A DNA stretch of 64,000 nt from Anaeromyxobacteraceae bacterium. GTDB lineage: Bacteria; Myxococcota; Myxococcia; Myxococcales; Anaeromyxobacteraceae. The DNA lies in assembly GCA_047602405.1 (NCBI GenBank), contig JASGHJ010000002.1:1472001-1536000 (forward strand), read 5' to 3'. The stretch's first letter is position 1; each line of letters starts with the position of its first letter. This document shows, one piece after another, positions 32,614 to 44,190 of the stretch. The position numbers and the translations under genes are program-made. Under the pieces are notes generated by a model, which did no database searches, was not told where the DNA came from, and was given only the letters and a program-made list of their open reading frames with translations.

Positions 32614-32803
32614 GACGAGGCCGGCTGCGTCCTCCCACGCCTCGTCACCCCACCGCGCTGGCCTTCACGACGCCGCTCCGCCAGAGGGCGCCTGCGGCTC
32701 GGGGTCGCGGCGACGGTGCTCTTCTTCGGCGCTATGAAGCGAGACGCGCCGTTCCGTACGTGGTCGGGTGCTCCGCCGTGCGGACGTGGGAGGGGCCGTG
32801 CCG

Positions 32804-33298
32804 ATGAGCGGACGTGTTCGTGAGCGGTTGCGCCCGGCGGGGCGCCTGGGCGCACTCTGCGCGGTGGCGGCGTGCCTCGTGGCGACGAGCACCACGCACC
32901 CGACGACGCTCCCCGCGAGGTTCGAGGCGGCGACCTCCTGCGGTCCCTCGGGGACGATCGCGCTGCGTCCCGACGACTGCACGCATGGCTGCGGGCACTG
33001 TGGCGACGGCATCACCGTCGAGGGTGGCGCGGCGGTCGGCCTGCCCGGCGTCGGCGCGCTCGCGCCGCCGCGCGATGGCGAGGAGGCCGTGCCGCGCCTG
33101 GACTACCTCGCCCGGGGCCGGTTCATCCTCTCCGGCCTGCTCTCCCTCCCGGGCTCCGATCCCGCCGTGACCGTCGATCGGACCTGCACCGTGAAGGAGG
33201 AGGGCGCCGGCGCGCTCACCATCGCCTGCGGAGGTGACCCGCCCGAGCTGGCCACCTGCTCGGGCACGCTCACGCTCCTCCCGGAGGTGGTGCCGTGA
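32804..33298 (+). CDS. Hypothetical exported Cys-containing protein
   Basis: Hydrophobic N-terminal segment, several Cys, GC3-biased codons; stop overlaps the next start. Confidence 0.5.
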   Translation: MSGRVRERLRPAGRLGALCAVAACLVATSTTHPTTLPARFEAATSCGPSGTIALRPDDCTHGCGHCGDGITVEGGAAVGLPGVGALAPPRDGEEAVPRLDYLARGRFILSGLLSLPGSDPAVTVDRTCTVKEEGAGALTIACGGDPPELATCSGTLTLLPEVVP

Positions 33299-34386
33299 GC
33301 GCGGCGCGGTCCGCCGCGGCCGCGCTGGTCCTCGTCCTCTCCACGTCCGTCGCCCGGGCGCAGGAGCCGGCGGCGGGGGCGCGGCAGCCGGACGCGCCGC
33401 CGCTGGCCCGTCTTCGCGCCGAGCTCCACCTCTCCACCGGCGGGATGGACGGCCGGAGCGTGAGCGCGATCGGTGGAGAGCTCTCGGCGCGGGCCTCGGC
33501 GCTGGTCGTCGCGGTGGGCCTGGAGCACGACGGGGTGCCCCGGCCGCAGCCCGACTTCACCGACGTCTTCTTCCTCGGCGCCGGCCTCGCGCACGACCTC
33601 GGCCCGGACTGGTCCGTCCAGGCCCTTGCGGTGACCGGTGGGGCCCAGTTCCGGCTCCGCGACGTGTACGGCGCGCGCTGGGGAGACTGGGTCTGGGAGC
33701 CGTTCATCGGCCTCCGCCTGGACGGCTCGCTGCGCCTGCCCGAGTTCACCGCGGGCCTCCTGCGCCTGCGCCCCTTCGCCGGGCTCACGGCGACGGGCCT
33801 CCTCGTCAGCCGCGACGACGACACCTTCCGGCGCATCGCGTGGGGCGGACCGGCCCTGCTCGTCTCGGCGACCCTCGGGCTCGAGACGACCGGCTTCCTC
33901 CCGCCGCCGCTGGTGGAGCCGGAGCGACCGCCTCGCCGGTTCGGGTTCGCCGTGGAGCTCGCCGGGACCGGCGGAGGCGGGCGCCAGGGCGAGCTCGCGC
34001 CCGGCTGGCGCCTGTCGTGGCGAGGGGCCGGCGTGATGGTGCTCGCGAGCGCCGATTACCCGTTCGCCCCGGGGGTCGTCCACGGCCGGGCCCTCGGCGG
34101 GGTCGGGCTCGTCCGACCGATCGGTCACTTCGACGGCTACGCGCTCGTGCTCGGGGGGGTGGACTACGTCTCGGCCGACGTCCGCGACCCGCCCACCGAG
34201 CGCGAGCTCCTGGCGGTCGGCCTGCGGGCGGGCCTGGAGCGGTTCCCGGTCCGGCACGGGGTCGCGCTCGTGTACGGCTTCGCGCTCTCGGTGCTCGTCG
34301 AGCAGTCCGAGCGCGACGAGCGGATCGGGCACAGGGTGGGAGGCGTCCTCGCGCTCGCGTCCGTCTCCCTCGGGCTCGGGCTGTGA
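33295..34386 (+). CDS. Hypothetical exported protein, possibly an outer-membrane beta-barrel
   Basis: Signal peptide ending VARA; alternating amphipathic beta-strand pattern. Confidence 0.5.
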   Translation: MSAARSAAAALVLVLSTSVARAQEPAAGARQPDAPPLARLRAELHLSTGGMDGRSVSAIGGELSARASALVVAVGLEHDGVPRPQPDFTDVFFLGAGLAHDLGPDWSVQALAVTGGAQFRLRDVYGARWGDWVWEPFIGLRLDGSLRLPEFTAGLLRLRPFAGLTATGLLVSRDDDTFRRIAWGGPALLVSATLGLETTGFLPPPLVEPERPPRRFGFAVELAGTGGGGRQGELAPGWRLSWRGAGVMVLASADYPFAPGVVHGRALGGVGLVRPIGHFDGYALVLGGVDYVSADVRDPPTERELLAVGLRAGLERFPVRHGVALVYGFALSVLVEQSERDERIGHRVGGVLALASVSLGLGL

Positions 34387-34408
34387 GGCGTGAGCGGGAG
34401 CTGCGCCG

Positions 34409-35255
34409 TCAGGCCCCCGGGGTGCGCATGGCGCGTGCGCGCGCCATGACGAGCGCCGGGGCGATCGTCCGCCACGCGGTCGCCGCGAGCACGACGGCGC
34501 CGCCGAGGAGCGCCCAGGGGCCGGGGCGTTCACCCGTGGCGAGGTAGGTCCAGACCGGGTTCAGGATGGGCTCGAGCAGCACGAGCAGCGCGCCCTCGAC
34601 CGCCGGGGTCGCGGTGATGCCGCGGGTGAAGACGAGGTACGAGACCCCGAGCTGGAAGACGCCCAGGTAGCCCACGAGCGCGAGGTCGAGGCCGGTCGGG
34701 GACGGGCCCGCGCCGAAGGGCAGCGCGATCGCGGCGGCGAGGAGGTTGCCCCAGGCCAGGGAGGCCGGTCCGTCCTCGCGGAGCTTGCGGAGGCCCACGA
34801 TGGTGAACGCGAAGGCGACGCCGGAGGCGAGCGCGACGAGGTTCCCGGTGAGCTGGCCCCCGGAGAGCTCGTCCAGGAAGAACATGGACAGGCCGATCGC
34901 ATAGACCGGCACCGCCAGGAGCTCGCCGCGGGTGGGGCGCTCGCCGAGGAGGAGCGGCGAGAGGAGCAGCACCCAGAGCGGCGCGATGTCCTGGATGAAG
35001 ATCGCGTTCGCCGCGGTGGTGAGCTTCGTCGCGTTGACGAAGAGGACCACCGTGAAGGCGTAGGCGATCGAGACCAGGAGGACGGTCCGGGTCGGGCGGC
35101 GGCGGGTCGCCGGGACCGCGAGCAGCAGGAACACGCCGGCCACGAGCGAGCGGCCGCCGGCGATCTGCCAGCCGTCGAGGGCGCAGCGCTTGATGGCCGC
35201 GCCGGCGGTGGACCAGAGGAGCGCGGCGAGGAGGATTCTGGAGGCGGGGCTTCAC
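34409..35255 (-). CDS. EamA/DMT family transporter; one extra base near 35236
   Basis: LLWSTAGAAIK, ATKLTTAANAIF, LLGERP and LLEPILNPVW motifs; GTG at 35255 is restored if GAATC is read as GATC; span is 3n+1. Confidence 0.82.
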
Positions 35256-35272
35256 GAGGGGGCGGGAGCCTA

Positions 35273-36400
35273 CTACGCCGTCACCCAGTCGCGCAGCACC
35301 GCGTCGATCTGCTCCTCGGAGAGCTCGCCCTTGTCGGCGAGCTCCTTGATCTGCCGGGTCAGCGCCTTGAGCTCGTGCTCGCCGAAGGTGATGCCCATCT
35401 CGCGGGCCCGGTAGGCGATGGCGTGCTTGCCGGTGAGCCGGCTGCCGACGATGAGCCTGCGGGTCAGGCCGAACGCCTCGGGCGGGATGACCTCGTACGA
35501 CCCGGGGTTCGTGGTCATGGCCTTGAGGTGCATGCCGGCCTTGTGGCTGAACGCGGTGTCGCCGGTGACCGGGTTGTTGAACGGGATCTCGATCCCGCAC
35601 ACCCGGGCGACGAGCCGCTCGAGCTCGCGGAGCTGGCCGAGCCGGTAGCGCTCGCCGACCCGCTGCGGCTCCACCGAGAAGAGCCGGGCGATCATGCCGC
35701 CGAGCGGCACGATGCCGTTCCGCTCGCCGATGCCGAGCACCGACACGTCCACGTGCGTCGCCCCCGCGGCGAGCGCCTCGTAGGCGTTCGCGACGGAGCA
35801 GCGGGTGTCGTCGTGGCCGTGGAAGCCGATGTCGCAGCGCACCGCGCTCCGCACCTCGCGCACGAGCGCGTAGACCTGGCGCGGGGTCGCGATGCCGACG
35901 GTGTCGGCGATCCCCACCCGGTGGACGCCGAGCTTCTCGGCGGCCCGGTAGACCGCGAGGAGGTCTGCGACGTCGGTGCGGAAGGCGTCCTCGGCGGAGA
36001 AGCGGACCTCGAGCCCGGCGGCGAGGGCGGCCTCCACCGGCGGGCCGATCGCGTCGATGATCTGCTGGATCGACTTGCCGTGCGACGACTCCCGGAGGAT
36101 GCGGCTCGTCGCGAAGAAGAGGCCGATGCCGCGGACGCCGGTGTCGAGCGCGGTCCGCACGTCGTCGAGGAGGCAGCGGGAGTGCGTGATGATCCGGGCG
36201 TGCAGCCCGAGCTTCACGATCGCGGCGAGGTCGCGCTGCGACTGGGGGGAGGCCGCCGGGGAGGTGACCTCGATGTAGTCGACGCCGAAGGTGTCGAGGG
36301 CGCGGGCGATCTCGAGCTTGTCCTCGAGGCGGAAGCTCGCCTTGGCGAACTGCTCGCCCTCGCGCAGCGTCGTGTCGATGAGCTTCCAGGAGCGGAGCAT
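35273..36400 (-). CDS. Homocitrate synthase (DRE-TIM metallolyase, fungal/Thermus-like)
   Basis: [59 protein letters not shown]. Confidence 0.82.
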   Translation of the reverse strand: MLRSWKLIDTTLREGEQFAKASFRLEDKLEIARALDTFGVDYIEVTSPAASPQSQRDLAAIVKLGLHARIITHSRCLLDDVRTALDTGVRGIGLFFATSRILRESSHGKSIQQIIDAIGPPVEAALAAGLEVRFSAEDAFRTDVADLLAVYRAAEKLGVHRVGIADTVGIATPRQVYALVREVRSAVRCDIGFHGHDDTRCSVANAYEALAAGATHVDVSVLGIGERNGIVPLGGMIARLFSVEPQRVGERYRLGQLRELERLVARVCGIEIPFNNPVTGDTAFSHKAGMHLKAMTTNPGSYEVIPPEAFGLTRRLIVGSRLTGKHAIAYRAREMGITFGEHELKALTRQIKELADKGELSEEQIDAVLRDWVTA

Positions 36401-36421
36401 GCGGTCTCTTTTGTCGGTTCC

Positions 36422-39400
36422 TTAAGCGACCCCGAAGACCTCCGCCCCGAGATCGCGCACGAGCCCGCCGGAGAGCGGGTCCGCGCGGAAGCCGAAGCGG
36501 CGCAGGTACTCCGGGTGGAAGAAGCCGGTGCCCAGCTGGCGGTAGTACCGGGCACGCAGGCGCCGGGCGAACTCCCGCATCAGCCCGTCGGCCACCCCCT
36601 TGCCGCGGTGCCGGCGGGCGACCACGAGCTTGTCCATGTGGGCGCGCTCCGGGCTGACCTGGTGCCAGTAGATGCCGCCGATGCAGACGTCCTTCGCGTC
36701 GATGGCGAGCAGGAACTCGTGCTCGGCGGTGAAGGTGGGCTGCAGGTTGGACTCGTGAAAGATGCCCAGCAGCTTCGAGACCTCGCGCGGGGACGCGGGC
36801 GCGCGCACGACGTAGCGGTTGCCCTCCTCGTCGATGAGGCCGGTGACGACCTCGGCGACGAGGTGGCCGCCGGAGGGGACCGCGAGGAGCGTGACGTCGT
36901 CGCCGGGCGCGAGGTAGCGGTAGGTCATGCGGGCGAGGAAGTAGTCCTCGTCGGGCCCGGTGCGGATGGCGGCCCGCACCTGGGCGACCTGCTCGGCGAG
37001 CTCGCCGCCCGCGTGCAGCGCGCGGGCGCGGGACATCAGGCGGTCGAGCGAGGTGCCGAGCTCGGGCCGGGCGTCGGCGAACACGGTCATGCGGAAGAAG
37101 CGGATGCGCGTGTCCGGCCACGCCTCCTCGAGGTCGGCGAGGTGGTAGGTGTCCCACAGCTCGAGCAGCATCCGGCCCTGCGCCTCCACCGTCGCGCCCG
37201 GCGCGGCGGAGAGCCAGCGGCGGAAGCGGCGCGCGGCGAAGCGGACCCGGTGCGGGGTGAAGCCCTTCTCGGGCAAGGCGTCGAGGAACTGCCGGATCTT
37301 CGCCTCGCGCTTCGACCCGGGCGCGGAGAGCTCGAGGAGCGCGGTCCCGCGCTCGAGGCCGAGCGCCTCGACGACCGCCTCGCAGGCCTCGCGCGGCTCG
37401 AGCTCGTCGCGCAGCGCCGGGTGCGCCGACTCGATCGCCCCGCGGAAAGTGTCGTCGAAGCGGTCGAGGAGGTCGTCGAGGGTCCTGCAGGTCGAGCGGT
37501 CGGAGACCGAGAAGAAGCCGGGCGCCCACCTGGTAGTCGTGCGACGGCACGACGAACGCCGCGGGCGAGGGCTCGCGGAGCGCGAGCATCCGCCCGGCGC
37601 GGTCCCAGAAGAGGACGTGCAGCTCGAGCGCGGTGCGCACCCAGAACGGCCAGAGCGGCGCGAGCCGGCTGGCCTCCCCCTGCGCGGTGATGCGGCCGAT
37701 CTGCTGCTGCACGGTGAGGCCCGGCACGTACTCGGAGGTGAAGATGCCCCACTCCGAGAAGTAGCCGCCGAACGCCTCCACGAGGGAGGGCGGCGCGCCC
37801 GCGGCGAGCAGCCAGGAGATCTCCCGGCGCAGCTCGGCGAAGCTCATGCCCTCGGCGGAGTGCAGGGCGAGATCGAAGGTCTCGCGCGAGCGGGTGGTGA
37901 GCGTGAGCCGGTAGACCGCGATGCCGTGGTGGCGGCCGAGGAGGCTCACCGACGCGCCGCCGGGCGGGAGGTCGGCGAGGGAGAGCAGGACGCCCTTGCC
38001 GAGCAGGAACACCGAGGCCCGCACCACGGTGGCGTCCTCGAGGGCCTGCTGGAGCTGCATGCGCGCCTCGGCGGGCACCGAGGGGTCGAAGGTGAGGACG
38101 TCGCTCCAGCCGTACTCCTCGCCGGTGGCGGGATCGATCGCGAGCCGGAGGTTCGGCCCCACCCAGTTCGCGAAGCCGCGGCGCAGCCGGTCGACCTCCT
38201 CGGCGGCCCGCGCGGCGATCTCGGCGTCGTCGTGGAGGCTGAGGCGCGCGAGCGGGACGCGCACCGGCGCGAAGTGCACCGGGTGGGCGATGGCGGTCGC
38301 GGTGAGGATCCGCATCGCGCCGACGAGCACCCGCCGGTCGCTCGGCGACGACGGCGGCCCGGCCACCGCCTCGGCGGCGAGGTGCGCGAGCAGGGCGTGG
38401 ATCAGCGGCTCGGGCAGCCCGCGCTCGCCCAGCAGGGCGAGGTCCTCGTCGCGGAGCGCGATCGGCCCCATGCGGTCGAGGTAGCGGCGCAGCGTGCCGA
38501 CCGCCTCGCCGGGGTCCTCGCCCGGGAAGAGCACCCGGAACGCCCGCCGGCGCACGTCCTCGTCCGGCGCGTCGGTCCCGCGCCGGAGCGCGGCCCGGCA
38601 CAGCGCCGCGACGTCGGCCTGCGGGCTCGAGAGCCCGTGCGCGAGGTGCGCGACCGCCCTGCGGGCCTCGGGCCGCTCCGCGCGCAGGAGCTCGGCCGCG
38701 GCGTGGATCGAGCGGAGGGTGACCTCCGGCGCCTCGACCACCTCGAGGAGCTCGGCGGCGCGCTCGGAGGCGGGCGCGCGCCAGGCGCGGGGGTCGAGCC
38801 GCAGGGCCGCGCCGCCGCGCCGCCTGCGGCCGGCGAGCGCGTCGAACGCCTCGTCGCCGAGGAACCGCGCGAAGCCGGCGTTGCCGACCCAGAGCGCGGG
38901 CTGGGAGGCGAGCACGCCGAGATCGAGCGGGGCCCCGGCGCCCTCGTAGGCGAGGTCGCCCGCCCGGACGGCGCCGGGCGCGTCGGGGTCAGGGCCGGCG
39001 TCGAGCACGCGCTCGCGCGCGATCACCCGGGTGCCCTCCACCCGCACCTCGTGCTGGAGCACCCCCATCTCGCGCAGCAGCCAGTTCGGCAGCTTCAGCG
39101 TCACGCCCTCGACCGAGAGGGTGAGCTGGCGCTGCTCGTACATGCGGTCGATGAGCTCCTTCCAGTTCTTCTCGACCACCTCGCGCTTGTAGGTGAGCTT
39201 GTGGGTGAGCTCGCCGTGCTCGGCGTCGAGCGCCCGCGGCAGGATCTGGAACGCGACCACGCGCTCGTACGGCGCGAGGAACCGGTTCGCGCTCGCCACC
39301 ATCGAGGAGACGAGCGCGCGCACCGCCTCCGGCGCGCTCGCCTTCACCGCCGGGGACTCCGGGTTCGGCCAGACGAGCAGGGTGTTGTACTCCCGGTGAT

Positions 39401-41069
39401 CGCCCACCAGGAACGCCTGGGAGAGGGCCTCGAAGTCGCGGAAGAGGTTCTCCACGCGCGCCGGCGCGATCGTCTGGCCCTGGCGGTTCTTGTAGATCTC
39501 CTTCTTGCGCCCGACGATCCGGAAGTGGCCGGCGGGGTCGAGGGTGACGAGATCGCCGGTCGCGAACCAGCCGCCGGCGTCGACGCCCTGGTCGTCGGGC
39601 CCCGGCCGGTGGTAGCCGGGCGAGACGTACGGCCCGCGCACGAGCAGCTCGCCGTCGTCGGCGCGGCGGCACTCGACGCCGGGGAGCGCCACGCCAATCG
39701 AGTCGTCGGCGTACTCGCCGGGCGGGGTCATGGTGATGCCGCCGGTCGCTTCCGTCATGCCGTAGCCGGAGCAGAGCTGCACGCCGGCCCGGTGGAAGCC
39801 GCGGAAGATGACCGGGTCGAGGTAGCCCGCGGCGGAGAGGCCGAAGCGCAGCCGGCCGCCGGTGAGGACCTTCAGCGCGGCCGCCACCTCGTCGGGATCG
39901 TCGGTCGCGGCCGCGGCGGTGGCCGACTCGTGGAGCTCGATCCACTTCTTCGGCACCGAGATGAAGATCGTGGGCCGGACCCGCCGGAAGTCCTCGAGGA
40001 GCGAGGCCTGGGCCGGCGAGCGCGCGAAGACGTAGGTCGCGCCCCAGAACAGCGTCCCGAGCATCTCCAGCCACCGGCCGAACGTGTGGTAGAGCGGCAG
40101 GTACGCGAGGAAGACGTCGCCCTCGCCGACCTCCGGCAGGGCGAAGGCGCGGCAGAAGCGCTTCGAGACGAGGTTCTCGTGGGTGAAGACGATGCCCTTC
40201 GAGCGCCCGGTCGTCCCCGACGTGTACATCACCGTCGCGACGTCCCCGATCCGGACCGACGCCGCGCGCTCCGCGCGCGCCTCGTCGTCGTAGTCGGCGC
40301 CCTGGCTCACCATCTGGTCGAGCGAGAGGAGCCCGTTCCGCTCGGCGGCGGGGCCGGAGAGCACCACGATCTGCTCGAGCTCGGGCAGGGCCGGGAGCGA
40401 GGGCAGCACCTTCGCGACCTGCTCGTCGTCGGACGCGAGGAGGATCCGCGCGCCCGAGTGCTTCAGCATCTCGACCACCTGCTCCGCGACGGCGTTCGCG
40501 GGCAGCTGGAAGACGACGATGCCGTTCGTGAGGCAGGCGAGGTCGCAGAGCGCAGGCGCGAGGCCGTTGTCGGCGAGGATCGCGACCGTCGTCTCCCGGG
40601 CGCCGCCGCCGAGGGCCAGGATGCCGCGCGCGATCGCGCGGGTCCGGCGGGCGACCTCCGCCACCGTGACGTCCACGCCGCCCTGGCCGAGCACGCGGAA
40701 CGCGACCGTGCGCGGGTCGGACTCCTCCCGCGCGCGCAGGAGCGCCCCCACGGTGTGGTCGGTCCTCCGGATCGCCTCGAGCACGATCGCGACCCACGGC
40801 TCCACGGCGGAGGGCACGAGCCGTCCGAGGAAGGCGCGCCGCCGGACGGCGTCGAGCAGGCCGCCCAGGGCGCGGCGCGCGGCGTCCCCGCGGCCGGGGT
40901 CGGCGGTCCACGCGAGCAGCGCCGTCACGAGGGGGCGCAACCCGTCGAGCTCCTCGGGGGCCACCGCGGCGAGCGCGGCGCGCGTCGCCTCCACGTCCGC
41001 GCGGGTCGGCTCGCCCTGCCAGGCGCGCAGGAGGGGCTCGAAGTGCGTCTCGGGTCCCGGGTGGAGCAT
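36422..41069 (-). CDS. Large multidomain protein (about 1548 aa): acyl-CoA-synthetase-like AMP-binding domain, helical region, kinase-like segment and C-terminal GNAT; one extra base near 37515
   Basis: YTSGTTGRSKG, YLPLYH, GYGMTE, WFATGD, GRKKE adenylation motifs; C-terminal VVARRHRGKGVA...RFGF GNAT motif; span is 3n+1 and removing one T in CTTCTTC joins the two ORFs. Confidence 0.78.
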
Positions 41070-41182
41070 GCGTCGAGGTAAGCACGGAACACCTGCGAAG
41101 TCGACGCGCGTCTACCCGGTTGGGGCCTGCGGCGAACTCTGCTGGCTCGACGCGGGGTTCCGCGACAAGGAACCGCCCGCAA

Positions 41183-41801
41183 GTGAACGCTCCGCCTCCC
41201 ACCGCCGGCCTCGGGGCCATCGTGCTCGCCTCCGATCCGGTGCCGTCGATCGGGCTGCCGCGCGGCCTCGCGGAGGTGGACGGCGAACCGCTCGTGCGGC
41301 GCGCGGCGCGCACCGCGGTCGACGCGGGGCTGTGGCCGGTGGTCGTGGTGGTCGGCGACGCGGGGGATCGCGTCCGCTCGGTGCTCGCCGGCATGCCGCT
41401 CGTCACGGTGCGCGACACCGCGTGCCGGGCGAGCGCGATCCGGGCGGGCCTCAAGAGGCTCAAGGTCTGCTGCCCCGACCTCCGGGGCACGTTCGTCATG
41501 GGCTGCGACCCGCCGTTCGCCGACGAGCACCACCTCGACGCGCTCGCCGCGGCCACCGCGCGGGAGGGGAAGCCCATCGCGGCCTCCTCGGTCGCGGGCG
41601 CGTTCGCCGGGCCGGCGGTCGTGCTCGCCGAGGCCTTCGAGGAGCTCGCGGCGCTCTCCGGCGACGACGGCGCGGCCGAGCTCGCCGCCGGGCACCGCGC
41701 CCGCGTCGCGGAGGTGCCGCTCGATTGCGCGACGGCGGCGCCCCGGGGCCGGCACGAGGGCCCCACCGAGAGCGGTGCGGGCGGGCCGGACGCGACGTTA
41801 A
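41183..41801 (+). CDS. Degenerate MocA/MobA-like nucleotidyltransferase-family protein (3' end uncertain; as given it reads through into the next gene)
   Basis: GAIVLA, DGEPLVRR, SAIRAGL, GCDPPF and LSGDDGA resemble NTP_transf_3, but the LAAGxSxRMG loop is altered. Confidence 0.5.
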
Positions 41802-41812
41802 GAAGGGGTGGC

Positions 41813-42337
41813 ATGGGTCTGTCGGTGGTCGGCAAGGCGCACGAGGCGGGGGCGGGCGGCCCGTTCACGTGGTTCGTCTACGGGTCGTCGCTCGACCGGG
41901 GCTCGTTCGAGTCCTGGGCGCGGGATCACGGGTACGAGGTGCCGTCGTTCCAGGGCGCCCGCCCGGCGGTGCTCCGCGGGTTCCGCCTCGCCTTCGACGT
42001 GGCCTCGCGGTCCTGGGGCGGCGCGGTGGCGAGCCTCGCGGAGTCGCCCGGCGATCACGTCGAGGGGCTCGCGGTGCCGATGCCCGGGCTCTCGCGCGGC
42101 CTCGTGGAGCACAAGGAGGGCGTCATCTCCGGGCTCTACACGGCCTTCCCGGTGACGCTCGAGCCGGTGGGCGGCGGCGCCTCCATCGCGGCGATCGCGT
42201 TCCGCGCGGCCGAGTCCCGCCGGCTGCCGGTCGAGGGGCGGCCCGTGCCCGCGTACCTCGAGGCGATCGTGCGGGGCGCCGCGTCGGCCGGCCTCTCGAA
42301 GGCCTGGGTCGACCGCCTCGGCTCGCTCGGCCGGTAG
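41813..42337 (+). CDS. Gamma-glutamylcyclotransferase family protein
   Basis: WFVYGSSLD, LRGFRLAF, VEG, HKEG and PAYLEAIVRGA motifs; purine-rich RBS before ATG 41813. Confidence 0.7.
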   Translation: MGLSVVGKAHEAGAGGPFTWFVYGSSLDRGSFESWARDHGYEVPSFQGARPAVLRGFRLAFDVASRSWGGAVASLAESPGDHVEGLAVPMPGLSRGLVEHKEGVISGLYTAFPVTLEPVGGGASIAAIAFRAAESRRLPVEGRPVPAYLEAIVRGAASAGLSKAWVDRLGSLGR

Positions 42338-42449
42338 CGGCCGCGCGCAGCAGATGGCCCCCGCGCTCGATATCACCGCCTCGCGGCGCGGGGCCGGCCT
42401 CGCCGCCGGAGGTTCGTGGTATGGGACCTCCGGGGGGAACGTCGCGCTC

Positions 42450-42752
42450 ATGGATCCACTCGGCCACATCGCGCCCGGCCGGCTCTCGGAGCGGCTCGAG
42501 GAGGGCCTGCGGGGGCACCACCTGCTCTTCGAGGCCGAGGCGATCCGCGAGGCGTTCGCGAACCCGGACCACGTGGTCTCGAAGGACGAGGCCGACGAGC
42601 TCGGGCGCGTCCTGCTCGCGATCTGCAAGGAGCCGCTCGCGGAGGCGCGCACCGCGGTCGACGGGCTCACGCCGCAGATCCGGACCTCCCTCATCCGCCT
42701 CTACTTCCGGCTCCTGCAGCGGGCCGAGGAGGAGCGCGGGCAGAAGCACTGA
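42450..42752 (+). CDS. Small hypothetical protein
   Basis: 100-codon ORF with typical codon bias (GHHLLFE...LIRLYFRLL). Confidence 0.6.
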   Translation: MDPLGHIAPGRLSERLEEGLRGHHLLFEAEAIREAFANPDHVVSKDEADELGRVLLAICKEPLAEARTAVDGLTPQIRTSLIRLYFRLLQRAEEERGQKH

Positions 42753-42758
42753 ACTTCA

Positions 42759-42821
42759 CGGGGGGCTCGGCGCCCCCCGCCCCGCCGAGCGAAGCTCGTC
42801 GGGGCCCCACCCCGGCAGCAG
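42759..42821 (+). repeat. 63-bp palindromic dispersed repeat, copy B (intergenic, upstream of cca)
   Basis: 58/63 identity to the reverse complement of 5734-5796. Confidence 0.8.
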
Positions 42822-42874
42822 CTGCTCGAGGGGGGGGGCAACACCCCCATCCCGGCAGCGAGGGTGATCGCTGG

Positions 42875-44179
42875 ATGACCGACCTCCCCGACGCCCTCGC
42901 CCGCGCGGCGCTCCCCGCCTCGATCCTCGACGTGCTCCGCCGGCTCGGCGAGGCCGGCCACCGCTCGTGGCTCGTCGGCGGGGCGGTCCGCGATTTGCTG
43001 CTCGGCCGCGTCCGGGAGGGCACCGACTTCGACGTCGCGACGCCGGCGACGCCGCAGGCGGTGAGCGCGCTCTTCCCGAAGGTCATCCCGACCGGCATCG
43101 ACCACGGCACCGTGACGGTGATCGCGCGGGGCGAGCACGTCGAGGTGACGACCTTCCGCGGGGAGGGGGCCTACGAGGACGGCCGGCGCCCGTCCTCGGT
43201 CACCTTCCACGGCGATCTCGAGGCCGATCTCGCGCGCCGGGACCTGACCATCAACGCGATCGCCTGGGACCCGCTCGCGGGCGAGCTCCGCGACCCCTTC
43301 GGCGGGCAGGCGGACCTCGCCGCGCGCCGCGTGCGCGCGGTGGGCGACCCGGCCGCCCGCTTCGGCGAGGACGGCCTGCGCGCGCTCCGGGCGGTCCGCT
43401 TCGCGGCGCAGCTGGGCTTCGCGCTCGATCCCCCGACCGAGGCCGCGATCCCCGGCGTGCTGCCGGTCGTGCGGAAGGTCTCCGTCGAGCGGATCGCCGA
43501 CGAGCTCGTGAAGACCGCCACCGCGCCCGACCCGGCGCGCGGGCTCGCGCTCCTCGCGTCGACCGGCCTCCTCGGCGCCGTCCTGCCGGAGCTCGCGGCG
43601 GTGCCCGCCGCGGCGCGGGAGCACGCGGGCCGCGTCGCGGGGGCGCTCGCGCCCGAGCCGTCCCTGCGCCTCGCCGCGCTCCTCCACGTGCTGCCGGCCG
43701 CCCGGGTCGGCCCGCTCCTCCTCGCGCTGCGCCTCTCCCGGAGGCTCGCCGACGAGGCCGGGGCGCTCGCCGCCGCGCACCGCTGCCGCCTCGCCAACAC
43801 CACGCCCCCGGCCGCGGGCGAGCCGGTGCGGCGCTGGCTCTCCGCCGCCGGCCGGGCGCGCGGTCCTGCGCTCGCCGCCCTCGCCCGGGCGGAGGCGGAG
43901 GCGTCCCCGCCGGGCGCGCGCGCGGCGGCCCTCGCGGAGGCGAGCGCGCTCGCGGCGGCGGTCGACGCGCTCGGCCCCGGCGTGCCGCTCGAGCCCCGCG
44001 ATCTCGCGCTCGACGGGGGCGCGCTCATGCGGCTCCTCGGCATCCCGCCGGGGCCGGAGGTGGGGCTCGCGCTGCGGCACCTGCTCGACCGGGTGCTCGC
44101 GGATCCCGGCCTCAACTCGGCGTCCGCGCTCGAGGCGGAGGCGAGGGCGTGGTGGGCGGGGCGCGCCGGCCGGTTATGA
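42875..44179 (+). CDS. CCA-adding tRNA nucleotidyltransferase / poly(A) polymerase family
   Basis: LVGGAVRD, DFDVAT, EVTTFR, DLARRDLTINA, EDGLRALRAVRF, SVERI. Confidence 0.9.
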   Translation: MTDLPDALARAALPASILDVLRRLGEAGHRSWLVGGAVRDLLLGRVREGTDFDVATPATPQAVSALFPKVIPTGIDHGTVTVIARGEHVEVTTFRGEGAYEDGRRPSSVTFHGDLEADLARRDLTINAIAWDPLAGELRDPFGGQADLAARRVRAVGDPAARFGEDGLRALRAVRFAAQLGFALDPPTEAAIPGVLPVVRKVSVERIADELVKTATAPDPARGLALLASTGLLGAVLPELAAVPAAAREHAGRVAGALAPEPSLRLAALLHVLPAARVGPLLLALRLSRRLADEAGALAAAHRCRLANTTPPAAGEPVRRWLSAAGRARGPALAALARAEAEASPPGARAAALAEASALAAAVDALGPGVPLEPRDLALDGGALMRLLGIPPGPEVGLALRHLLDRVLADPGLNSASALEAEARAWWAGRAGRL

Positions 44180-44190
44180 TCGGGGGACCG

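Noticed and set aside
32614..32803. Riboswitch upstream of the two exported hypothetical proteins
   Set aside because: Several short hairpins are present, but I could not match any known aptamer consensus or find an expression platform.
35273..36400. nifV (nitrogenase-associated homocitrate synthase) or leuA
   Set aside because: No nif genes are in the window, there is no LeuA regulatory domain, and the motifs ([19 protein letters not shown]) resemble the lysine-type enzyme.
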